A stretch of DNA of 64,000 nt, taken from NCBI RefSeq assembly GCF_001194135.2, contig NC_069002.1:2484960-2548959 (forward strand). Reading direction: 5' to 3'. Below, one piece after another: positions 54,497 through 64,000 of this stretch (the stretch's first letter is position 1; every line of letters starts with the position of its first letter). Made by a program: the position numbers and the translations under genes. This DNA comes from Octopus bimaculoides. Its lineage: Eukaryota. The notes under the pieces are model-generated. The model was not told the DNA's origin, ran no database searches, and was given only the letters and a program-made list of their open reading frames with translations.

Positions 54497-55227
54497 NNNN
54501 NNNNNNNNNNNNNNNNNNNNNNNNNNNNNNNNNNNNNNNNNNNNNNNNNNNNNNNNNNNNNNNNNNNNNNNNNNNNNNNNNNNNNNNNNNNNNNNNNNNN
54601 NNNNNNNNNNNNNNNNNNNNNNNNNNNNNNNNNNNNNNNNNNNNNNNNNNNNNNNNNNNNNNNNNNNNNNNNNNNNNNNNNNNNNNNNNNNNNNNNNNNN
54701 NNNNNNNNNNNNNNNNNNNNNNNNNNNNNNNNNNNNNNNNNNNNNNNNNNNNNNNNNNNNNNNNNNNNNNNNNNNNNNNNNNNNNNNNNNNNNNNNNNNN
54801 NNNNNNNNNNNNNNNNNNNNNNNNNNNNNNNNNNNNNNNNNNNNNNNNNNNNNNNNNNNNNNNNNNNNNNNNNNNNNNNNNNNNNNNNNNNNNNNNNNNN
54901 NNNNNNNNNNNNNNNNNNNNNNNNNNNNNNNNNNNNNNNNNNNNNNNNNNNNNNNNNNNNNNNNNNNNNNNNNNNNNNNNNNNNNNNNNNNNNNNNNNNN
55001 NNNNNNNNNNNNNNNNNNNNNNNNNNNNNNNNNNNNNNNNNNNNNNNNNNNNNNNNNNNNNNNNNNNNNNNNNNNNNNNNNNNNNNNNNNNNNNNNNNNN
55101 NNNNNNNNNNNNNNNNNNNNNNNNNNNNNTATATATATATATATATATATACACGTATGTATATAGATATACACGTATGTATATAGATATATATGCATAT
55201 ATATATATATATATATATACAGACACA

Positions 55228-55263
<36 letters not shown>

Positions 55264-55636
55264 TGCATAAATATATATATATATCAGAAGCCCAATTAAA
55301 GGTTACAAACCTCATTCAGGTATAGCAAAATCCTATGAAATTACTGGTTAGTTACTTATACAGAGAATATTGAACATCATCGCAAAACATCCGTATTTTT
55401 TTTATTAAAGACAAAAGTAAACAACAGCGATGGGGGACACTATTAACAAGGAGTTATAAACACACTTGAGTACAAAATTACAACATGATCACATGCCTAA
55501 TTTTAGTATTTTATCTTCATTTTCTATGTGTGTTGTTTATTACTGCTTTATCGGGAATCCATTACATGTTGCAAGCCATTCCCGCTATGCCAGCAAAATG
55601 ACAGACAGACAAACAGACAGATAGATAGATCGATAG

Positions 55637-55667
<31 letters not shown>

Positions 55668-56212
55668 GATAGACAGACAGATACATAATCATGCGCACAT
55701 ACACACACACGTATATATATATATGTAATATATGCATGATTACAACGATATATAACTACTAATGCGTGTCATATACAACAAGATATGCGCCATCGTGGTT
55801 TCCAATGCAAAGCAAGACCCAGATAGGCTTTCGTCATGGGTGGCGATATAATCCACCTTAACACATCAATCCATATCTTCAATTTTCTGTAAGATGTAGG
55901 AGATATCATCATTGTTATGTTTGTTCATGTAGTTGCTGTTGCAGCTGTCTTTGGCATTGGTGCTGTTGTTGTTGTAGTTGTTGTTATACATATCGGCAGC
56001 GTTGTTGATGTCGTCAACGCGGCTTTCACTTGTTGCCGTTGATGCCGTCGGCGAATAGTCGTCGTTGTTTTTCATTCGTTGGCTTTATTCAGACTGTTTT
56101 CCATTGTTGTTGTTTCTTTCAGAAATATTCTTCCGGATATGCATCTCAATAAATAATCATTTCTATACAAACACCCCACATACATACACTTACAATCCTC
56201 TGCGTGTGTGTA

Positions 56213-56257
<45 letters not shown>

Positions 56258-56605
56258 NNNNNNNNNNNNNNNNNNNNNNNNNNNNNNNNNNNNNNNNNNN
56301 NNNNNNNNNNNNNNNNNNNNNNNNNNNNNNNNNNNNNNNNNNNNNNNNNNNNNNNNNNNNNNNNNNNNNNNNNNNNNNNNNNNNNNNNNNNNNNNNNNNN
56401 NNNNNNNNNNNNNNNNNNNNNNNNNNNNNNNNNNNNNNNNNNNNNNNNNNNNNNNNNNNNNNNNNNNNNNNNNNNNNNNNNNNNNNNNNNNNNNNNNNNN
56501 NNNNNNNNNNNNNNNNNNNNNNNNNNNNNNNNNNNNNNNNNNNNNNNNNNNNNNNNNNNNNNNNNNNNNNNNNNNNNNNNNNNNNNNNNNNNNNNNNNNN
56601 NNNNN

Positions 56606-56636
<31 letters not shown>

Positions 56637-56984
56637 TTCCATTCTCGCTTTTATTTCTCTTACATGTTCCCCTAAATCGAGTCATGTCCTCTTCGTATTA
56701 TTTATTATGACAACTGTTTCATTCATTTTAGATGTTTTTCTTCCTTTACTTTTTCTATTCTGCATGTTTTCTTATATTATTTTATCAGCAAACGGAGGAG
56801 TTAGCTACTCCGAGTGATGGGATTCGATATGGTTTACTACGCGCTTTCTCCTTACATTTCTACAATCACACATTGCGATCGGAAAAAAAAATACTATATG
56901 AGGATGTGTACGCATGTACATACATACATAAATACGTACATACTTACATACATACGTAAACATACACACAAACAAATACACATC

Positions 56985-57085
<101 letters not shown>

Positions 57086-57413
57086 ATGCACACAAACACA
57101 CGCACAAACACACGTACAAACACACAAACACAACTAAATGAAATGTATTGCATATCCATTTGAATATTTCTTCCTGTTATTTAGATCGGAAATGCATTAT
57201 CCCTTTCTTGCAGTGATATGCTTTCCATATATATATATATATATATATATATAGGTTTTAGAGGGGAGGGGTCGACGGAGGTGAAATTAAAAGAAAAAGA
57301 AACGATATTCTCTATTCCGTTCTTCTAGTATCAACTTTCAACAATGCGCATGTGTAATTATGTATGAGTTTCTGTTTATCTCTCTCAACATGTTTCTATT
57401 TATATACTTACTC

Positions 57414-57457
<44 letters not shown>

Positions 57458-57958
57458 AACCTTAATACACAAATACGGGGCCACATATGTGCACACGCAA
57501 AGAAAAGGACACGTGTAGACATGTGTGTGAATAAATGTATGCTAACCTATGTGCACACATATACCTCGTTATTTCCATAAGTAATATACTGTAAGTGTAT
57601 GCAGTTGTATAAAATATATACCTTTATAGAAAAGAACGCACACACACACGCACACTCATATATATGATATTATGCACACAGAAACATATCTATAGAAAGA
57701 TGCATGTACGTATATACACATCTATATTTATATATATTTCCATATATACATATAGACTTGCATATGTGAGTTTGTGCGTGGGGGGGGGATTGCGTATACA
57801 TATATAACGGAAGAGAAATTGCTTAGCCGTAAACATTTCAATTTTAGAACAAAACATTTTGTAATTTTATTATCGGTGGTATTTCTACCATAAAATACCC
57901 TTAGCACATAATACAGTGAAGCAACTATATACATGGTTGTCGAGGTAATATTGTATAG

Positions 57959-58004
57959 TTTGGAACATGATACACCTTGTCTAAAGAACGCTGATGTGGC
58001 GCCA
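57959..58004 (+). CDS. Candidate 46-nt exon (LEHDTPCLKNADVAP)
   Basis: taatattgtatAG | exon | GTAAGT; only one frame is open. Confidence 0.2.
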
Positions 58005-58650
58005 GTAAGTGTTTTCTCCGGTAGCTGCTTATGCGACGGTGAATATAAGTGTGGGTATGTTTGCGTATGCGTGTGTGCGCGTGTGTATATGTATCTTTTA
58101 TCATTTTCAATCGAATGAGAGAACGGTCGTATTTTTTTTTAAGCCTGATACTTATGGTATCGAGCTCTCTTGCCGAACTGCTTAGTCGAGCAGACGAAAA
58201 TTCAGTAGTGCCAGTTGTGAAGTGGTATTGCAAGACCTATACGTAGATATGTGTATGTGTTTTTGTGTTTTTGTGTTTGTGTGTGTGTGTATATGTAATA
58301 TATATATAAATATAGGCAAATAACAAGAAATACGTAAACAAACGAGGGATAATCGAGTGAAATACGTAAAGAACGCGAAAAAAATGGCAAACAGGATAAG
58401 TTAGCACAGAGAAAGCACCCTTCATCACTTATCGCCTGTCTATCTATTCCTTTCATTTCGAACATTCAACGACAATATGTGACTTCAAAGACAGTTGTTC
58501 TCATAAATTTTAAATTAAAATTTCGGATTTATGGAGGGTCAAATTTGGGAGCAAAAAAATGACGGTGGAGAAATGCAAGGAAACAGAACGAAAACAAACA
58601 TGAAGGGTCGTTAGACCAGAACGAGAGGAAAATAGTGAACGCTGGGAGAA

Positions 58651-58733
<83 letters not shown>

Positions 58734-59864
58734 CTTACATACACGTGTGTCCTCGCGAGTGTGTGTGTCTATATTTACATACACTAACACGCACTCACAT
58801 ATACACATAACATATACAAACCAGAGGCGTGAGCTGTCAATCCATACGTAAGCACACAGGCAAATATATCATAATTGTTTTCGCTAGCTATGTCTTTCAA
58901 GACGTCTGTTGCATTCATTAACAACTTAACAAAAAGATATTTGGCACATTTGATTCCACGTTGATTGAATCAGAAGTAAAGAAGCTGCGATTCATGAAAC
59001 TGTAAACTTATTTAACGTCATATATTTAATGTTTATATTTTAATGTTATATTGCCAAATTTATAGCTAACACCAAGATATCTATATAATTTCTAAGTCCC
59101 TGGAAACGCTATATAATTCCTAAAGAAATTATGGATATCTTTATAACCACTTATGATGCTGAGCGTATTATATTTGAGATTTTTGATTGCATTTCTATCG
59201 GAAAAATGTCTGTGCAATATCACAGTTGATCTAACAATGCTATTATTGTATAATGGCGTTTATGACGATAGTGAAAGCCTGTGATGAGAGATTGAAAGTG
59301 GTGAAAACTGAGAGAGAACGTGATAGAAAGAAAAAATGGAGATAAGAAGATACAGAGAGGGTCTCTTAGCAAATAGAATAGAGCAACAGAAAGAGTAAGA
59401 GGGAAAATGTTAGTAGAAAGAAATAGTCACATCAGACGATGTAACACGTAGATTAATAGTTAAATATACACGTATATTTACATACGTGTAGACACATACA
59501 GACACACAAAAATATATATGCACACACTCACTTGGCCACGCATATATATACATCCTTACGTTCATTACATTTACATGCATATATTACATAAATATATATA
59601 TATATATATACATATGTATGTGTATGATATACATACAGTATATATATATATATATATATATATATATNNNNNNNNNNNNNNNNNNNNNNNNNNNNNNNNN
59701 NNNNNNNNNNNNNNNNNNNNNNNNNNNNNNNNNNNNNNNNNNNNNNNNNNNNNNNNNNNNNNNNNNNNNNNNNNNNNNNNNNNNNNNNNNNNNNNNNNNN
59801 NNNNNNNNNNNNNNNNNNNNNNNNNNNNNNNNNNNNNNNNNNNNNNNNNNNNNNNNNNNNNNNN

Positions 59865-59917
<53 letters not shown>

Positions 59918-60289
59918 GACAGACATGACATGCAGACAGATAGGCAGACAGAGCGAGAAAGAGATAGGTTTCCGCGCTCAAATCGACATTAATGCAAACT
60001 CATGCATTCCCATTATAGCACCCTCATAGCCCTTCCCTCATACATATACGATAGGAAGCAGAGGAAAACAGAGACAGTGAAAATACGCGCACTTATCTAC
60101 ATTTTTTATAGCTACATATGTAAAATTATGACGTATCTAAGACTCCATATGTTGTAGCACTCGGTTAGAAACTGAAGTTAAATGACTCTGAAATCATTTC
60201 CCAGCATATTTCGTTAAAAACCCTTTGGATTCTTATAGTTTCAAATTTCGATTAGACCGTACAACATTTACAAAATTCCTGACGCGTCA

Positions 60290-60430
60290 AACAAATTGTC
60301 TAGCGGCGTTTCTTCCAGCTCAAATTTTATCGTGACCGGTAAAATAAAGTACCAATCATGCACTGGGAACGATGTAATCGACTAGCTTCCTTCCACACAT
60401 TTCAAAACTTGCGCCGATATTAGAAACAAT
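60290..60430 (+). mobile_element. SINE family B fragment
   Basis: gtaaaataaagtaccaatcatgcactgggaacgatgtaatcgact. Confidence 0.6.
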
Positions 60431-61414
60431 TATATGTTTCGTCGATCGCGGTTGAACAACCTCAACCACCACAACAACGTTATTTACATAATACATTATG
60501 CTAAACTAATTCTATAAATCAAAGACTACATTAACTGATGACAAAATTCTGGCTTTGTTCAGTAAAATTCTTTAAATAAGTAAAAAAACAAAAAAATCAA
60601 ATTAATTATCCGTTACAGCAGCACGAATGAAACACTGCGCAGCACAAGTTACAAGAGCAACAACAATAAGAAGAATATGAAGTCATTTGAATGAAAAATA
60701 AATAAATAGATGAAACGAAATGCAGACATTTACTAAATTTGCAATCTTCATTAGATTAGTGATAGCGTCAGAAAGATAAGCAATTTTAGTAAATGGTGTT
60801 GCAGTTGCAGTGACCTAGACATGATGGTATTTGAAGAGGAGATAACCGCAGAGAGTTAAAGAAATGGCGTCTAAAGATGAAAATTAATTCGATTGATCGT
60901 AGTCATACGATTAGTATAGAACAGGTTCCGGCAAAATCAGAGAGGAATATCTAATTTTCAATGTAATCAATGTTGACAAAGGATGTTAAAAAAAAAACAG
61001 AAACTTGAAACATGAAACCACATAAGTGTATCATATTTCAAGAAACCAGCTGTGCTTAGCAATTTACTTCAAAATTAACAGGAAAAGGTTGAAAACAAGA
61101 AGAGCTTCTCGAAATGAGATTAGAGACCTCACTGAAGCGGCTCTCACTCATTTTGTCGTAGCTTGTATTGGCATAATCCTTAGATACATTGTTTTCCTCG
61201 TTATCGTTTTTCTGTTCACATTCTGTGCCCTCTATTACGTTCCATAGTCAGCTGACACCACTGTTTTGTCATGACTACGATTTTCTCTGCATTCGGACGT
61301 TGTGATATTCGCCTCTCTCATTTTGGTTATGAATATTATGCACCATGTAGTTTCCATTCCTGCGCCTGTATGTAATATATATGTTTCAATTACCACTATA
61401 TAATTGTTATTATT

Positions 61415-61560
61415 TAGGTATAAGGCCAGTAATTTCAAGATAAGAGAGTTAGTATTACTTGATTGGAGCTTTATTTTATACACCCTCGAAGCAGGGAAGG
61501 CTAAGTTTGCCCTGATACTGTTTTAATGTAGAACGTAGAGGGGCAGTAAAATATACCGCG
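61415..61560 (-). mobile_element. SINE family B fragment (diverged)
   Basis: aaggccagtaatttc..tttattttatacaccctcgaagcagggaaggctaagtt is the reverse complement of the family B body. Confidence 0.55.
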
Positions 61561-61870
61561 ACTAATGATTGTGCTAGTCCACTGCCCTCGGTCATTATAC
61601 TTTCGAATGAGACCGAAACAGACATCTTTTTCTTACAAATAAGCTAAAACAACGTTATTTTAATTATGGATTGATGAATCTCTTTAGGTTTATAATTTTG
61701 ATCATAATATATTGACACTAACTTAATTATTGTTAAAGTGTGTGTATGCGTGAGTGCGTCTGTGCGTGCGCACATTTTGATAGATAGAAATGTTGATAGA
61801 ATCATAGAGCGATATACAGATGCTTGTCAGGATTATTTATTCGAAAACTATTCTAGTTTCCTACAACTAG

Positions 61871-61897
61871 CAATTTATATCCTCCTGCATTAACTTG
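61871..61897 (+). CDS. Candidate 27-nt micro-exon
   Basis: tagtttcctacaactAG | CAATTTATATCCTCCTGCATTAACTTG | GTAAGT; two frames are open. Confidence 0.2.
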
Positions 61898-62500
61898 GTA
61901 AGTCTACCCCAGTAATTTGGCAAGATTACTAAGGTGAATGTCTCATTAATAAGGCAATAATCAATGCATGACATATCAGAAATCAACTCCCGTACAGAAC
62001 GACAGAATTAAAATAATGGCGTGCATTCTGAAATACTGGATTATTCTGTACCGCTTCACTGTTGCAATTTAAATTTTAATCATTTGCTGCATCATATACG
62101 TTAACTATACCATAACACTTTCACAAACGTAGCTTGTTTTTTTCACTAAGCACAAAGGTACATTTTATAAAATCTGCAATAGGAGGAGTTTGGGATATCT
62201 TTTCTTTTACGTACGGTATTAACATCGTGCGTTTTGAATATCACTAGCGTTCGTCTATGGATAATCAAAGTACGATTTTATCTCTGCAATTCAGTACAAT
62301 GTTTTAGCTATTGAACAAAGAAAGCAGCCCATCCGTATGTGGCCCTTGTAATATCGACATGCTGTGCCCCACCATTAAGATCTAACACATGCACGTTTAT
62401 ATATACATATATGTATATGTTCACACGCATACACAAGCATACATGTCTATATCCATACACACACACATATATATATATATATGTATATATGCATATGTAG

Positions 62501-62540
<40 letters not shown>

Positions 62541-63159
62541 AGACACACACATATACACATATATAATGTGTTTCACGCTATAAAAGACGAGGTATGATCG
62601 GGCACATAAAATGTGCTTTATTAGCTATTGAAGGTAGAAAATAATTACTTCTTACACAGAGAGAAGAATCTCACATCCACAGTAGGCGGGATATGAGATT
62701 GTGTAATGTAATGTCTATACGTTTATCAAGAACATTTGTTATTTAACTGAAACGTAAATGTCCATAAACAGGTTTTATAAATCGACTTTTCTAGAGATTA
62801 AACTCTACAACGATCGACTGATGTATAGAAATCCATTCCATATTTACTGATAAAATGTAGATATAATGTATCTACCTACGTCATAGATATGGAAGAAGTG
62901 TTGGCGAAGAATGGCAGTTATAATAAACATCATACTATATTCACACTATATATATGTTTTAGTGTCGGCTTTAATTTGAGTTCAGCATTTAGATTTTGTG
63001 ATAACGGGCAGAGTTTGTGTCTGATTCAAGGCAGGTGCGATATAGATAGAGAATGTAAAAAGACTAAAGCGACTAAAGATTAACAGTGGATTGTGACATT
63101 GCAGACAGACCTTTCCTTTATTCCATTATCGAACGGTGTTTTAAAGAGGACAACTCAAT

Positions 63160-63211
<52 letters not shown>

Positions 63212-63389
63212 CATGTATACCTGTGTTTCCGTGTGTGTGAGAGTATACATATGCGCGCGCGCAAGCACACATATATGCGTATAAATGTAATTGCATATAT
63301 GCATATAGCGAGAGCGAGAGAGAGTGAGCAAGAGAGAGAGAGTGTGTGAGAAAGAGAGAGCGCAGGAAACGAAGGGCGAAACCAGAGCG

Positions 63390-63393
63390 ATAT

Positions 63394-63477
<84 letters not shown>

Positions 63478-63515
63478 TAGATAGACAGGCAGACAGACAG
63501 ACAGACAGACAGAAT
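63390..63515. repeat. (AG)n/(ACAG)n microsatellite; (AAAG)n at about 63876-63955
   Basis: Direct inspection. Confidence 0.95.
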
Positions 63516-63875
63516 AAGCAAATGCGTTCCTTCATTCTATATATTTCCCTTTTTGTCTATCCATAACTGTCAGTTTTCCTGTGCTTGCTTTCCCGCATCC
63601 CACGTTACCATTTGATTGAAATGAAAGAAAAAATGGTGATATAAAACATAAGAGTGAACGATAGAGAGGATGTGTAAGGGGGGGGGAGAAGGAGGAAGAG
63701 GATAATGTCAACAGAGAGTGAGAAGAGTGGTGTTGAGAAGGAGGTAAGAGACATAAAGCAGAACAGTATTTCTATTGAAACAAACAAATACACAAAAAGA
63801 TAATAGATAATTTATAAAAGCAATGTTAGGTTATGGGACTTAATTAGCCGAGTTCTGTGTTTCGTGACAAGCAAA

Positions 63876-63939
<64 letters not shown>

Positions 63940-64000
63940 GAAGAAAGAAAGAAAGATGTAATGCTGTAAACAAACAAAAGATTAACATGAGACAAACAAA

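Overview
Eukaryotic, AT-rich draft-assembly DNA, most likely from an octopus or another coleoid cephalopod. That call is an inference from the very dense di-, tri- and tetranucleotide microsatellites and the recurring tRNA-derived SINE families. There are 16 N-gaps (about 4.6 kb in total), almost all flanked by microsatellites. No long intact protein-coding ORF is present, and most entries in the ORF track are translations of microsatellites or N-runs. Recognisable content: about 20 SINE copies or fragments of at least 3 families, four decayed Dong/R4-type (restriction-like endonuclease) LINE pieces, RTE-type LINE relics, an L1/Tx1-like ORF1 zinc-knuckle fragment, and a decayed mariner transposon with a separate piece carrying its missing end. 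The window looks intronic or intergenic. The best second-look signals are all hypotheses from splice and motif patterns: (i) a minus-strand three-exon unit at 36.4-36.8 kb with two 118-119 nt introns, partly duplicated 1.4 kb away; (ii) two near-perfect RFX X-box motifs, one overlapping an ATG and a possible first exon; (iii) a chain of plus-strand micro-exon candidates that splices into a signal-peptide-bearing small protein. None could be confirmed without RNA data, and chance splice-like patterns are common in DNA of this composition. I cannot claim a novel system from the sequence alone.
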